Assembly (NCBI GenBank): GCA_951406725.2
Contig: OX597824.1
Location: 93,744,001-93,808,000 of the forward strand
Length of the DNA: 64,000 bases
Reading direction: 5' to 3'
From: Octopus vulgaris
Lineage: Eukaryota
The notes beneath the pieces were generated by a model. That model saw nothing but the letters and a program-made list of their open reading frames with translations. It was not told where the DNA came from and did no database searches. Both the position numbers and the translations under genes were made by a program. The stretch's first letter is position 1; each line of letters begins with the position of its first letter. Of this stretch, positions 1 through 15,260 are shown piece by piece.

Positions 1-87
1 CGTCGTTCAACTCCATTCTTTCATATATTTATATGTATATATATATATATATATACGACTATATCTATCTATCAATCGATCTATTTA

Positions 88-137
<50 letters not shown>

Positions 138-317
138 CACATGATTATATATATATAATTATTCTTAAGGGTACTGGAGACACAACGCCATTATGCTGGA
201 TTAGATGTCAAATATCTAAAAGTCACTCTAAATTTGTTGTCCTTTTTTACACAAATTTGAATGCGAGGAAATGGACAAGAAGATTTATACAAATTCGGAC
301 AATTCTATATCTTCAGA

Positions 318-390
318 TTTCGGTGGAATTTGAACTCTCAACGTAACGGCAGACGAAATACCTCTAAGCATTTCGCCCGGCCTGCCAGCA
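318..390 (-). mobile_element. SINE family A, 5' head fragment
   Basis: Reverse complement matches the head of the full copy at 6691 (gccgggcgaaatgctt...gtatttcgtc...gagttcaaattcc). Confidence 0.7.
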
Positions 391-3199
391 ATACCGGCGT
401 TATTTGATATCAAAATATATCAGAGATAGTATGGCTATTCAGTATATTATAGGCCCTTGAATATACCCAGCTGATCCCGGCTATGTCTAGCATGCTAAAT
501 AACCACGAAGATGAGCTAATTTTGAGTTTATTTAAAAGAGAGATATTAAAATAATGAAAGAAATATTCACCGAACGAGTGAGTGCTATTAAACGAATAAA
601 TATGACAAAGAAAATTAGATGTAATTTATAAGAAAATAGACTCAAAATGGAAATCAGTCAAGCAAGTATTACCTAGCGGCCGGCAAGAAAACCTCCCGGT
701 GGTTGGTCTGTCAACTAGCATTATATATTATTATTATCATATAATATTATATATAATATTATATCATTTGCAGAGAATGTGTCTTCCTGACCTCACGCTG
801 CTCTTATACAATGGTCTGAAAGGAAATATGTATTCTAAATTTGTAACATTTTTTTGAGCTTCAGTGTGTCTATTAACTTCTAAGAAAACAGGTGTCACTC
901 TAAGTGAAAGCATCGTAAAAGAAATACGCTTACATATTATGAATAATTAATTTCTTTAATATGAATACGTTCATGGATTGAATCCAAAGAATGACAGGCC
1001 ATTAATAACTCAGTCTAGCCGTTCTATTAAAGTCTAAGCATTTAAGTTATCAGCAATTTCATATACAACTGTGAGTACAGGTTGGCACATTTATACGGTT
1101 TGTGGTGTATATAGCGTTCGAATATTACGGACGATGTTACTTTGGTTTCTTCTGAAGTATATGCATCTTTTATCTATTATTTGCTTCTGTCGTTGAAATG
1201 CGGACATGCTGGAGCAACGCATGTTAGATAGAACTCAAAGCCACAGAGAAAAAATTGGAGTTTTTTAAACAAAAATAAATGTATGTTTGTATGTTTGTGT
1301 GTACGTATGTATGCATGTATGCAAGCATATAAACACACACGCATACATGTATGCATGTACGCATGCATGTATCTATATATGTATGTGTGTACGTATACAT
1401 ACATATACATACATACGTGCATGCGTATGTACGTGTGTGTGTGTACGTATGTAAGTACGTGTCTGTGATACTCTGGACAAAGATACGGATATGTTTCACT
1501 GATCACTACCCGATTATTGAAGCTAACTAATTTAAGTGTACTAGATGCTGTGGATAACACGGTTATACAGTAGACACAGCGTTCGAATTCCGCAGATGTT
1601 AGTAATATTCCTTCCGTTTTACGATAGCTCTATTAGATGTATGTAACATCACTCGTTCAATATTGTATGAACTGAAATGTATGACTGACATACATTGGTG
1701 GGTCACGTGTATATCAATCTGGCTTTGTAATTTAAGTCTACTAATTTAGTGAAAAGAGATACAGCTAACTCATTGGTGTGGTTATTAACAGTGCCATGAA
1801 TCTAGTAACAAATTGTGTGCTCGACTCCAGTAGATTTATCATTTATATATAACTGTGTATATATGTGTGTGTGTATGTGTGTGTGTGTGTTTCTATGTGT
1901 TTGTGTGTGTGCGTGTGTGGGTGTGTATGCGTGTGTGTGTGTTACAAATGTAATTAAAATGCCTTTAAACACCTAAAAAATGTTTGCCCAAATTAATTAA
2001 ATTATATGAAGCAGAATCCATTTTAAATCAATTTTCTAAACATTTTGTAATCGTCTGTCTTCAAATTGATATCCATTTTGATCCAGCCATTGTTAACAAC
2101 AGGAAATAATCGAATTAATAACAGCCAAAAAAAAAAGGTTCATTAGGTATTTGAGTGCATTTTTGTTCAATGGCATCTCCCAGTTCAGCAAACTTGTTAA
2201 TGATTCGAGAGATGGATACGCGTTTAGGTTGGTTAAACTAAAATTGTCATTTATACCGTCTTTGGACTTCAACTGTGTTCTCATAATTCCAATAGCATTT
2301 TAGGATAAATTTCCTTTCTTCAAAGCTAAATTTTGACGCCATCATCTATTCTTACGGGTAAATCTGAGTTATCTCTTAATCAATATTGCCTTTATAAGTG
2401 TTCAAATGCGTATAGATTCTATTGAGACACTCTGTATATGTATATAAGAACGTACGAGTGTACCTCTCTTCCGCTCTTTAACGTCACTTAATAGTTTCCT
2501 CTCTTTTTCCAGACTCTCTTCCTCTAACTGCTACACTTCAGTGGGACAGAATAGAAATTTATTTATGAATATACAGAATGTCTGCATACGTATAGTCTGT
2601 ATTCTCCTAAAATACGCAGAGTTTATTATATTAGATAATGTAATAACAATCTGTGGTTGTTGATGTCAACTCATTCGTTGTATATATTATAATTCTCCAG
2701 ATTTTCTCTTATGTTTTGTTGTTTGAACTTCCAACAGATCGAACAATTCTCTTTTATCACGACGCTTCTGATATTCTCGCAGTCGAAAACGTCGAAATAA
2801 AAATATGGTTTCGTGCTCAACATCACTGACTGGGCAATTTAGATTTTAAACAATTTGAAACACTAAGAACCTGAACATATACGTACACACACACATACAC
2901 ACACACACACATATATATTATATATATATATATATATACACGCACACACATGTATTTATATGTGCGGGCATGTGCGTATGTGCGTATATATGTGTAAATA
3001 CATACACACATATTTATATACATATATATGCATATACATATATATATGCAGATATATATATATATATATAGGCATACACATATATATATATATATGAATA
3101 TACATACATATATATCTATATATATATGTGTGTGTGTGTGTGAGTGTGTGTGTGTGCGTATGTGTGTGTGTGTGTCTGTCTTTACGTATGTTTTTTCAT

Positions 3200-3452
3200 T
3201 CTTTTATTCTTTGACCAGTTTCAGTCATCTGATTGCGGTCATGCTGGAGTACCGCCATAAAACGTCAACCAGGACTTATTGTTTGTAAGCCTTGTACTTA
3301 TTTTATCGGTATCTTTTGCTGAACGTCTAAGTTACGTGTACATAAATGTACCAACATCGGTCGCCAAGTGATGGTTTAGGGACAAGCATAGACATAAAGA
3401 CATGCACACACACACTCACACAAACGTAGACACACACACACATATATATATT

Positions 3453-3511
<59 letters not shown>

Positions 3512-3650
3512 GTATATGTATATATGTATACGGTTGGCTTTCAGTTTCTGTCCGCCAAATACAGTCACAAGTCTTTAGTCGGCCCGTGGGCAGAGTAGAT
3601 GACACTTGCCCAAGGTATTATGCATTGCTACTGAATCTGGAATCATGTGA
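3200..3650 (-). mobile_element. SINE family B (tRNA-derived head, internal microsatellite, conserved tail), diverged
   Basis: Tail 3200-3400 (gtttcagtcat..gcggtcatgctggag..gtacttattttatcggt) and head 3530-3650 (gacacttgcccaagg) match copies at 53951 and 61946; (CA)n/(TA)n lies between them. Confidence 0.75.
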
Positions 3651-3709
3651 TCGTGTGCATCTCGTGCGTGTGTGTATGTATGTGTGTCTGTTTGTCCTGT
3701 CTGTCTGTC

Positions 3710-3810
3710 TGTACGTCACCACGCTTGGCCGCCTTTGTTTTCGTTATGTCTCAGTGGCCTAGCGATTCAGCATAAGAGAACGATAGTATAAGTACCAATT
3801 TACAAAAAAA
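3710..3810 (+). mobile_element. SINE family B tail fragment, diverged
   Basis: tagcgattcagcataagagaacgatagtataagtacc resembles the family tail tagcggttcggcaaaa..ccgatagaataagtact. Confidence 0.5.
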
Positions 3811-4059
3811 CACATGTACATTACCGTGATTCCCTATTAGCAAACGAAACACGTGTAATGATGTATAAACGAGACTGACAAATTTTCCATATTCCTGAAT
3901 TTTCAACTCTAATATTCATCTCACACCAATACAATAACCACATCAACAACATACTGGTTTGTAATAATGGAATTATTACGCGGCTTGAATTCTTACCTTC
4001 CTACATATTTAATTCATCGATAAATATTCAGATGCATAGATAGAGCTAAAAGTAGATCG

Positions 4060-4114
<55 letters not shown>

Positions 4115-4435
4115 TTAGAGAGAGAACATACTGAAAATCATACAGACAGGCAGTTAGAGAGAAAGATAGAAATGTAGATAGACTGATACATTCGTAGATA
4201 TCTATATACACACATATAAATGAAATATCTGTAAAATGTGTGTGTATGCACGCGTGTGTGTACACATACATATTATATATATATATTATATATATATATT
4301 GTGTGTATATGTATATATATATAATATATATACATATTATGTGTATATGTATATATATATATTATATATATATGTGTATGTATGTATATATATATATATA
4401 GTAGTACTAAGAAAGGAGGAATTTCCTATATATAT

Positions 4436-4473
<38 letters not shown>

Positions 4474-4524
4474 GTATACATATGTACATACATACGTGTC
4501 TATATGTCCGTATACACACTTAGA

Positions 4525-4551
4525 GATTGATAGATAAATAGATAGATAGAT

Positions 4552-4631
<80 letters not shown>
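4525..4631. repeat. (GATA)n microsatellite
   Basis: Direct inspection. Confidence 0.95.
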
Positions 4632-4633
<2 letters not shown>

Positions 4634-4988
4634 GTGCATGAACACGCGATTACTTGCGTATGTGTGTGCGTATAAAAGTGCGCCTTCTTTTATTTCTCTG
4701 TATTGCATGCTTTCGCAATCAGAACGGTAAATCGAAAGTCAACCGAGAAATAGAAGCACAGTTTCTTTGATTATTTTCCTTCTTCTTCTTCTTCTTGTTC
4801 TTTACCAAGGTTATGTACCATGTAAGACTCGGTTCTTTGTTTCGGAAAATTCTTGACGTATTTTCCAAATGTCGATAGAGAAGACAACCGGGCTTGACCT
4901 ATCTTTGTATAAGAAATTCTTCAGCATGTCAACTACGTATCTTAGATTGAATAGTTGCAGAGTTCTGATCGTTTTATTTATTTTTACT

Positions 4989-5030
<42 letters not shown>

Positions 5031-5094
5031 AATATCACTTTTCATGCACGCAGCGCAACAGTTACATTTATTCATATTTATGTATGCGTGTATA

Positions 5095-5135
<41 letters not shown>

Positions 5136-5317
5136 ATGTGCGTGTGTGTGTGTGCAAAAGAGTGTATAAATCTTTGTCTATCTGTGGCTCCCTCTTTTTC
5201 TTTTTTTCTCTCTCTTTATATATACTTAAATCAATAAAATATATCCATGCACGTCTGCTTTCATACACATGCTACATGCGCATAGACACACACTCATACA
5301 CACACATACACACGCAC

Positions 5318-5376
<59 letters not shown>

Positions 5377-5486
5377 ATAAACTTACTTGGATAGCAAAGC
5401 GTGGCGTTCAATCATGTATATATATATAAATATATACATGTGTGTGTATGTGTGTATATGAGTTTGTATATGTATATATATATATA

Positions 5487-5528
<42 letters not shown>

Positions 5529-5681
5529 GAGAGAGGCAGTTCACTCAGAATCAGTCACCAACATGTATGGACGCGTGGAGGTCGAGGTGTCCCGACCTAT
5601 AAGTATCGTTTTATAGAAGTCATCGACAAGAAGACAGATAGTCAGTCAAACGGATTGGCAGTCAGAGTAATAGACAGAAAA

Positions 5682-5778
<97 letters not shown>

Positions 5779-5920
5779 CAGACAGCCAGACAGACAGACA
5801 GAAAGACAGACAGACAGACGGACAGACAATCAGACAGACAGATAGATTTGCGGGACATTGGCAAGCCGCCAAAACACGACTGTTACATTCGCGAGTGCTT
5901 GCGGGACACCTCGTTCCTTT
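5529..5920 (+). repeat. Copy 1 of a duplicated cassette: unique block, (GATA)n, unique block
   Basis: Shares gagagaggcagttc..catgtatggacgcgtgg..atcgacaaga, (GATA)n and gatttgcgggacattg..gggacacctcgttccttt with 7361-7676. Confidence 0.85.
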
Positions 5921-6123
5921 GGCTGGGTGGTATATTGTGCTTTTAACACAATACGTGTACAATGGAGTCATTATCCAGACGGCTACGGCAGCTTCTGATT
6001 GTTCAAATCATTACACAAAATATGTGATATAGATATACGTGCACACATAAATAATCTGTATTGTCGCAACATTTTGAACATGTTCAATATGCAGCCGTAT
6101 GGATTTACGTAACATGTTTCTGG

Positions 6124-6247
<124 letters not shown>

Positions 6248-6690
6248 TATACAGAGGAGACGTTGAATTCAGCCGAAACGGGTACATATTTCTTCATTTC
6301 ATTCAGCTTATATTCTATCCGGATAATTAAGTCTCTTCAGACGACGAAAAGAAAATACCTCAGATAAATTAACTACAATACTTAAACCTCTTACATTAAG
6401 ACTAGCTTGCAACTGATAGACATTATTATGGTCCAACATTATCGCCAATAATGGCTTAGAATCTGTGTAGAATATTTTGTGAACTCTCACCCGAATACCT
6501 GCAATACGAAGAGTAATATGTGTTGCTTAGGTATCATGATTTCTTAATTGTGCTTTGGAATTACAAAATGCTGTCTTCTTTCATCCCATTGCAGCACAAA
6601 TGCTACGGCCATGCTGCGGCACCGCCATTTTGAGTGGTATTTCATTATATGCTCTCTTCGTCTAATCTAATTCAATTATATATTTATAGA

Positions 6691-6921
6691 GGCGGCGAGC
6701 TGGCAGAATCGTTAGCACGCCGGGCGAAATGCTTTGCGGTATTTCGTCCGCCGCTGCGTTCTGAGTTCAAATTCCGCCGAGGTCGACTTTGCCTTTCATC
6801 CTTTCGGAGTCGATAAATTAAGTACCAGTTACACACTGGGGTCGTTGTAATCGACTTAATTCGTTTGTCTATCTTTGTTTGTCCCCTCTATGTTTAGCCC
6901 CTTGTGGGTAATAAGAAAACA
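6691..6921 (+). mobile_element. SINE family A monomer with 14-bp target site duplication
   Basis: Pol III A box-like tggcagaatcgtt and B box gagttcaaattcc; central block gcctttcatcctttcgg..gataaattaagtaccag; TSD tatatatttataga at 6677-6690 and 6922-6935. Confidence 0.9.
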
Positions 6922-7360
6922 TATATATTTATAGAGACAGGACTTATTTGTTTATTTGTCGAGATATTAATCAAATACAAACAATACATTTTATCCCATA
7001 CTACCTAAGTACGTATCTACCCAGTTACCACGTCGTCCCCAGAATAACATCACGAGACACTTTTGTCTTCTCTTGCATTTCTCCTGCAGTTCGCTCTTCA
7101 GTAGCCCAGGGTCTTCAAGCAGTGAATAAAAATGCCAGCAGGACAACCCGTAGATCGATTTCTGTTGGCTGTTTTCACATCATGTATAAATCAATACTTC
7201 ATCCTAAAGCATACCTGCTTATCGATAACAATGGCTTCGAGAGTGTTTTTTGTTTGTATTCATTCATATTTACTTATATTTGTTTTTGTCCAATTTATTG
7301 GTAAACTGTCTTTAATTTTTTCTCTATTTTTTTTTTGGCTCACTATTATTTAGTGAGAAG

Positions 7361-7509
7361 GAGAGAGGCAGTTCGCTCACATGACTCACTAGCATGTATG
7401 GACGCGTGGCGGTCGATGAGTCGCGAACTTTAGGCATCTTTGTATAGAAGCCATCGACAAGACAGATACACAGTCAGACGGACGGACGACCAGAGAAACA
7501 GGCAGACAA

Positions 7510-7593
<84 letters not shown>

Positions 7594-7676
7594 GTAGACA
7601 GATTTGCGGGACATTGATAAGCCTCCAAAACGCGAATGTCATATTCGCCAACGCTTCCGGGACACCTCGTTCCTTT
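7361..7676 (+). repeat. Copy 2 of the duplicated GATA cassette
   Basis: Aligns by eye to 5529-5920 in direct orientation with the same outer boundaries. Confidence 0.85.
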
Positions 7677-8826
7677 CGAAGTCTTTTGATATCCGTAATA
7701 TTTCGTACATGTATTCAGTCTGAATCTCACCAACTGTAAATGACTAACTTCAGTACAACTGATTCAAAAATAGAAAATCATTTAACAGTGAAATGCAATG
7801 GCGACGTATTGTGTTGGAAATTTATCTCGGTGATTGTAGTGGCGTCCATGATGTGAAACTCATACCTATGAACTGACTCTTGGCCCTCTGCTTAGCTCAC
7901 CAACAGGCTATCGCTTTTCTTTAGCATCTTCACTTTAGATTCTGCCCATAATGATATTTTATTCGCCAGAAGGCCTTCGTTGCGGGGTACATTACCCGGG
8001 CAGCTTACAATGTGCTGGAGTTAGACAAAAGATCAAAGAAAGGGAGAGGATGGGGAATTATATAAAACTTAATACGTGTAAACACATTTATGATGCAATC
8101 CTACTAATATAGGAGAATTTCCAAGTAGGGCCAAGAGTGGAACCAACGAGATCCAGTATCTACCTGAGCTTGAAGAGCAGAAGCCATTGTCCAATTCTTG
8201 ATCCCCAATTGAGAGGCCAAGCTTAATAAAATTAATCTCCAAAACATTGTAAGGAACATAACCGCAAAGAGGCCTGAATGAACTTTTTTCTTCCAAGAGA
8301 TAATTCTCGGTTGAATTCCATTGAGTGATATCATAGGCTAGGGGTCTCCTAAGTGATTTTAGCTCGGGCAATTTTCCTACCAATATTTGGGCGAGAACTC
8401 TGATTTCAGTATAACTTGATATATTCGTTTATTGATTCTTAGTACTTTTAAAAGCACGGTTCTTGCTCTCTTCTACTATATTTCCTGCTTGCAATACACA
8501 ATGATGACCATAGAGGTAAACAATTGTAAATTTCATATGTTATTCATCCCACCCATCACACATGCTCTCACATACACACGAATATGTTACCTTATGTTAC
8601 ACTTATATATGTGTTCGTGCTATTAATCATTATATATATATATATATATATAAGCTGCCCGTGTAATGTATATATGTATGTACATATACATATATATGAA
8701 TATATCTGTGAGCATATGTATATATATATATTTCTGTGTGAGTGTGTATGAGTGTATATACCTATATACATATATATACATATATAGGTATACACACACA
8801 CATATATACATATATATGCATATACA

Positions 8827-8886
<60 letters not shown>

Positions 8887-8896
8887 TATATATACT

Positions 8897-8934
<38 letters not shown>

Positions 8935-9585
8935 CACGCACATATATGTGTGTGTATGTATACTGGTCTTCTTCTTCTCGTTCGGTCTCTTCTTCCCATG
9001 CAAAAAGAGAAAGATCATCGGACGTGGGTCGGTTGGGGGGAGGCGGCTGGTTGATGTTGGCGGTGGTGTAGGGGGGGCCCTCCTTTTCCCTCGACTGATT
9101 AAGACACGTAAGTAACAATTCCTCCGATGACATTAAAAACAGCTTTAGAAATTTTAGTAAACAAGAAATAAACCATCGTTGTAGTAGAATAGATCCTCTG
9201 AAAGAAATATGTATAATGTTTTATTTATATTTCTCCGCTAGGTTCATTGTTCGATGAGAGAGAAGCGTTACAAAAGAACTGTGACGTCATAATGTAAAAC
9301 CGACAAAATTATTTGCAAATAAACGCTTTAATATACTAAATAAGATAATATTAAATGTGAGATAACATAAGAATATTTACAATCGATTTTTTTTTTCCAC
9401 TTTATGACTTGGACATTTTCCAACAGTAAAAGAAAGAATGTATAGATTGAGCGTTCTTGTAGAGAGGAACGGCAGGGGAATTTTTGAAATTGTTTGACTA
9501 TAAAGAGGAATATATCTCGGACACCTTACACCGAAATTGATCGAAGGAAATTTATATGCAGAACCCTTTATTACTACTGTAGATA

Positions 9586-10010
9586 TTTTTTTTTATTCTA
9601 GGTACAAAGCCCAAAATTTTAGGGGAGGGGGCCAGTCGATTAGATCGACCCCAGTGCGCAACTCGTACTTGATTTATCGACCCCGAAAGGATGAAAGTTA
9701 AAGTCGACCTCAGCGGAATTTGAACTCAGACAAACGAAATACTACTAAGCATTTCACCTGGAGTGCAAAGTTTCTTATTTCTTTATTGCTCACAAGCAAG
9801 GAGATAAACTTAGAGGGGACAAACAAGGACAGACAAACGGATTAAGTCGATTACATCGACCCCAGTGCGTAACTGATCCTTAATTTATCGACCCCGAAAG
9901 GATGAAAGGTAAAGTCGACTTCGGCGGAATTCAAACTTCGAATGTAAGGACAGAAGAAATACCGCGAAGCACATCGCCCGGCCAGCTAACGTTTCTGCCA
10001 TCTTGCCGCC
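9586..10010 (-). mobile_element. SINE family A head-to-tail dimer
   Basis: Two successive monomers on the minus strand joined at aataaagaaataagaaa; the second lacks its first ~18 nt and ends in an alternative tail (ccccctcccctaaaattttgggc..A-rich). Confidence 0.85.
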
Positions 10011-10493
10011 TCATTTAATAACTCAGAGCCATACTAAAAATAGCAACCAAATATCCCTCATACCACAGCCAACATTCTTAAACATATGAAGGATGCCTAG
10101 AATAACGTCGTCCTAAATATACTAAGTAATGTGGCCAGCAGTGGACTGTCATTGGTATTAAGTGTACCTGATGAGGGTTGGCCTGGGATTAGAATCAGTG
10201 TTTCTTAATGAGGGTCCATATAAGATTTTGTTGTTACAATTTATGTGCAATATTTTCATATTTCGGAACGGTCATTTTTTTCTTCCAAATAAACACACGC
10301 ATGGTATATTCCTTCTGCACCCGTTTATTATTGTTCTTATTTTATTTTATATCCATTGTATGGAAATCTTTCGTCACACACCAATGACCTCTTCAGCGAT
10401 TCTTCCATCCATGTGTGACTTCCTGTTCTGTTTACTCCAGTCACAATGTTCTCTTGTTAAAATTTATGTGCAATATATTGTTTAAAATTCCAA

Positions 10494-10627
10494 GAGACCG
10501 ATAGAATAAGTACTGGGCTTACAAAGAATAAGTCTTGGGGTCGATTTGCTCGACTAAAGGCGGTGCTCCAGCATGACCACAGTCAAAATGACTGAAACAA
10601 GTAAAACAGTAAAGAGAGTAAAGAGTA
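10494..10627 (+). mobile_element. SINE family B 3' tail
   Basis: gagaccgatagaataagtactgggcttacaaagaataagtc..ggcggtgctccagcatg..actgaaacaagtaaaa followed by gtaaagaga repeats. Confidence 0.85.
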
Positions 10628-11647
10628 ATACACAAAATATCCTGACAATTTTTTGATAAAATTCCTTATTTAATCATAATAATATTATACGATTTTTCAG
10701 TCATTGAATATGTGGGCGGGGGTCTAGCCGAGTAAAATACTCATGAACGGGACCCATAGTTAGAAGGGATGATCGAGAATCATGGGATATTACGATAAAA
10801 ACAACAATCAATACGTATTGATTATATATCGATGAAGTGTTGACGCAGTCGTTTGGTTTCTGAGGAAATGCAAAATGTTCCTTATATCAGAATCAATCGT
10901 ACAACACACACTACAAAAAAAAAAGATTGGATAATGGAATCCTGAGTGCGCTATATCTAAATCTATTATCATAAAAGCGAAATTCTGTGTGTCCGGAACC
11001 CCAGTATCTTAGTCTACATTTAGCTCTGCATAGACATTAGTGTTTTTGAAATCAGGATGATCTTGGGATTCAAGACCTGCCCTTCCTTTGATTCTTGAAT
11101 CTCCAGCATTCGAATGTGATATAAAAGTATTTGTGTTGCTATTTGTTGTAGGTAAAGCTTGGCTGATTCACGCCATCTTGTTTGGCGTTTGTCAGATGAC
11201 GTTCGCTTCGTTAATTTTACGTCGAGATAAGAACTTTGGGACAAATTGAGAAACAGGTGAAATTCAGCTAGGGACTGGAACAATAGAATGATTGCATCTC
11301 AGAACTAATTCTCATCCGTCCTTAACCTCTGATCAAACACCACCGGGTCATATAACTTTTAACTGCTGGAAATATCGTTTAAATTGGTGGGGCAGTCGAT
11401 GCGGTCATCTGAATATATCATTCAAGCTAAAACAGATTGCCTGGACGGAATGTTATTTTCATTAAATGGAAAGATGACTACGGCTGGTCTGGGGCCAAAA
11501 AATATCAGCAATAATCACTACAATAACAGCAAAAATGAATTTATATATATAGATAGATGCAAACACACACACACAAGTATATCATATATATGTGTATACG
11601 AATATCTATATAGATATAGACATAGATATAGATAAATACTCAGAAGT

Positions 11648-11788
<141 letters not shown>

Positions 11789-12048
11789 TGTGTGTATGCA
11801 TGTAAATGTATAATACATGCTATATGTATATATATATATATATGATCATACATAGTGATAAATAGTTTTTGATGTATATGTATATACTTAAACATATATA
11901 TATGTATATATATAAATATATATATAAGGGGGGGGGTGTATACATATGGGTGTATGTATATATATGTATATAAATGTATATATGCATTCATATATATATA
12001 TATGATATAATATATACAAATTGATAGATAGATAGATGGGTAGATGGG

Positions 12049-12136
<88 letters not shown>

Positions 12137-12626
12137 CACATACATTCCATCTTTAATTCCTCACTGTTGTTGTTTTGCAGGTATGTGGATCTCTGTTCAA
12201 ATATCTTCTAAACATCAAAGACGGCTATTTTTTATGATTTCAGTTACTTTTAGTCTGTGAAGAAACAGCACACACCTATAGAAAAGGCCTCAAGAATGTG
12301 TGCTAATTTGCATGCTGTTGTTAGTTTAATATCCGTTAAGGAATAACATATGCTTCAGCACAGCATGAACGCTAATTAATTTATCAAAGAGAAGAAAGTA
12401 TATTTGTTATTAGAGTTATGATAGTGTTCGTGCTAAGAGAATGAACTCACAACGCCTTGTTATATGTTTGATGCAGAAAGTAATTCGAGTAACGTAGGAA
12501 CCCATATTGAACAGCCGACAGCATTATGTAATATTTCTCTGTTTAACTACACAGAAATATGATTTAAACATACAATTGTGCATAAATATATTGATATAAT
12601 GGTAATTAATGTTATTAATTCGGACA

Positions 12627-13031
12627 GGCGGCGAGCTGGCAGAAACGATAGCACGCCGGGCGAAATGATTAGCAGTATTTCATCCGCCGTACGTTCTGAG
12701 TTCAAATTCCGTCGAGGACGAAGTGGACTTTGCCATTCATCCTTTCGGGGTCGATAAATTAAGCACCACTTACGCACTGGGGTGGATGTAATCGACTTAA
12801 TCCCTTTGTTCTTGTTTTTCCCCTCTGCGTTTAGACCCTTGTGGGTAATAAAGAAATAAGAAATGTTAGCACGCTGGGTGCAATGCTAAACGGTATTTTG
12901 TCTGCCGTTACGTGCTGAGTTCAAATTCCGTCGAGGTCTACTTTGCCTTTCCTCCTTTCGGGGTCGATAAATTAAGTACCAGTTACGCACTGGGGTCGAC
13001 TTAATCCGTTTGTCTGTCCTTTTTGTCCCCT
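12627..13031 (+). mobile_element. SINE family A head-to-tail dimer
   Basis: Starts ggcggcgagctggcagaaacg; second monomer begins after gtaataaagaaataagaaa at ~12863; the same junction is seen in 9586-10010. Confidence 0.88.
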
Positions 13032-13074
13032 TTATCGTAACGCTATCCCGTTGCAAGATTACTCATTCACGATT

Positions 13075-13197
13075 TGGGTGCAACGAGAAATGAAATGTCT
13101 TTGCTGAAGGAGACGGTGTTTCGTCCAGTCGGGGAATGAAAACTTCTGACTTGCGATCGTGAGTACAGCACCCTTGACCACTAGGTGGCACACCTTC
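13075..13197 (-). mobile_element. Diverged tRNA-derived SINE head
   Basis: Minus strand reads gaaggtgtgccacctagtggtcaagggtgctgtactcacgatcgcaag..ttcattccccg, similar to the heads of families D and E. Confidence 0.5.
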
Positions 13198-13309
13198 ACT
13201 GTTTAATTCCTGGGATCTATTCGGTGGATTGCGCTCATTCTTCAGCCTACGTACGAAAGTCTTATTATGGTCAGGATATTATACGATACAAGAACATTAT
13301 ACGACACAC

Positions 13310-13373
13310 GCACTCCGTCGGTTACGACGAAGAGGGACCGAGTTGATCCGATCAACGGAACAGCTTCCTCGTG
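13310..13373 (-). mobile_element. SINE family D 3' tail fragment
   Basis: Reverse complement gctgttccgttgatcggatcaact..ccctcttcgtcgtaaccg matches the 3' end of 44957-45259. Confidence 0.65.
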
Positions 13374-14460
13374 AGCACACACACATACACACACACACAC
13401 ATACATACATATATATGTGTGTGTATAAACATCTGTCAGCCCAAGAAACGATAAATTGCAAAACCCAATCCGTCAACTTATTCTGTAAGATGTATTTTTA
13501 ATAACTATAATTGAAATCATCTTGAATGACTAGTTTAACCTTTCTGCTTATCCAGCTGTTAATCCCAGCCTGTTTTCTCCTGGATTACGCGGCGTTTGAA
13601 TATATTTTGAAATATTATACGTAGATATGAAGGAAACGCTTGCATCTGTGCTAAAAAAATAATGTGCGAGTGATATGTATAAAAACGGTTTTTCAAGCGC
13701 ACGTTTTCCATTTCATTTCCTATTTAATATAATTACTATAATTATGTTCCGGCAAATAATGGTAATCTGCGAAATTAAGAAATTCCCTCGCTCTATTATT
13801 TCTTACTGCTGGGTAATATATTCCGTTGCACCATAAAGTATTTCTTTTCGTTTCCTTATTCCTATGTTGTACATTCCCCATGTTATTTACGTTTCCTAAC
13901 TTATCAGATAATCCACTCTTTCTTGGTGCTTTGTTATATTGCACAGCTGCCTACACTTGAAAACATTTTTATCAAAAGACATCGAGGATATCCGTTTACC
14001 TACCTTATCGCTTACGCTGTTCAAAATGCTGCGTGGATGATTCGATTGCTAATGTATGTACACTGATTTCTCATTTGCCATGAATGAATATTATAACGTA
14101 ACGGTAGATTAGCTAACGTGATAACATTTCTAGAATATTATAGATATGCTATAATATTAGTCTCTATGTAAATACTAGATCTTATGACTTGAAATATTAG
14201 GTTGTTATTTAAATTCGTTCGGTTCTAATTATTTTAATCTTTTCCCTAGTCATTTGAAATATCACGAAAAATATTTTTATCATGATGTTCATACTTGTTT
14301 TTGGCTATGTTCTTTTTTAATGTGCTGTATTCTTTCGCAAGAAACCGTGGTTTATCTTTGTTGAAAATAGAATGAATTTTTACCTCTTTTCAGACAAATG
14401 ACAATAGAATGGTAAACAGCAAAATAGAACAAATGTAACCGACACATCCAATATATATAC

Positions 14461-14537
<77 letters not shown>

Positions 14538-14571
14538 GCATATATATATATATATGCATATATATATGTAT

Positions 14572-14620
<49 letters not shown>

Positions 14621-14622
14621 TT

Positions 14623-14785
14623 CGCCGGACGAAATGCTTAGCGGTATTTCGTTCAGCTGCACGTTCTGAGTTCAAATTACACCGAGGGCGAATTTCATTC
14701 TTTCAATGTCGATAAAATAAGTACCTGTTGAGTACTGGGGAAGATGCAACCGACGTACACCCAGCCGGAACTTCCTGCCCTTTGA
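14623..14785 (+). mobile_element. SINE family A, 5'-truncated
   Basis: cgccggacgaaatgcttagcggtatttcg..ttctgagttcaaatt..gtcgataaaataagtacc. Confidence 0.75.
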
Positions 14786-14974
14786 AGTCATTATTATTGC
14801 TATCTAAAATAGCTTGATCCCCGGTTCCATGTGCCTTTAGTTCTGTAAGCTTCATACAGAAACCTAACTCGTTCAGGCTCAGATTACTGAATGGAGAGGC
14901 ACAAGAAGTCCAAGAAAGATGCTAGAAAATGGGGTACTATTGGCTTTCCTATCCTTACCGCCCTCTTTCTCTCA

Positions 14975-15012
<38 letters not shown>

Positions 15013-15260
15013 CTGTCTCTCTTTACATATATATATATATATATATAACAACGTAAAGCTGTAAGGTACCACACGAGGGGAAATATATATGAAAGAAGTT
15101 TTGAAAATGCAATTTTAAAAGATATTTATTCACTTGACCGGTTTCACTTTTTTAGAAAAAGATTGTCAAAATTAAAATGTAAAGCTTTGTACTGGTTGTC
15201 ACAAAAGTATTAAAATACAGATAAACATTCTTTGATAATAATAAGAAAATGGTAAAAACA

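Noticed and set aside
10165-10205. CTGATGA-GGG-ttgg-CCT hammerhead-like start
   Set aside because: Followed by GGGA rather than GAAA, with no closing stems.
11020-11283. Possible Helitron helicase relic (EGQVLNPKIILIS)
   Set aside because: The similarity is too short and weak to support without a search.
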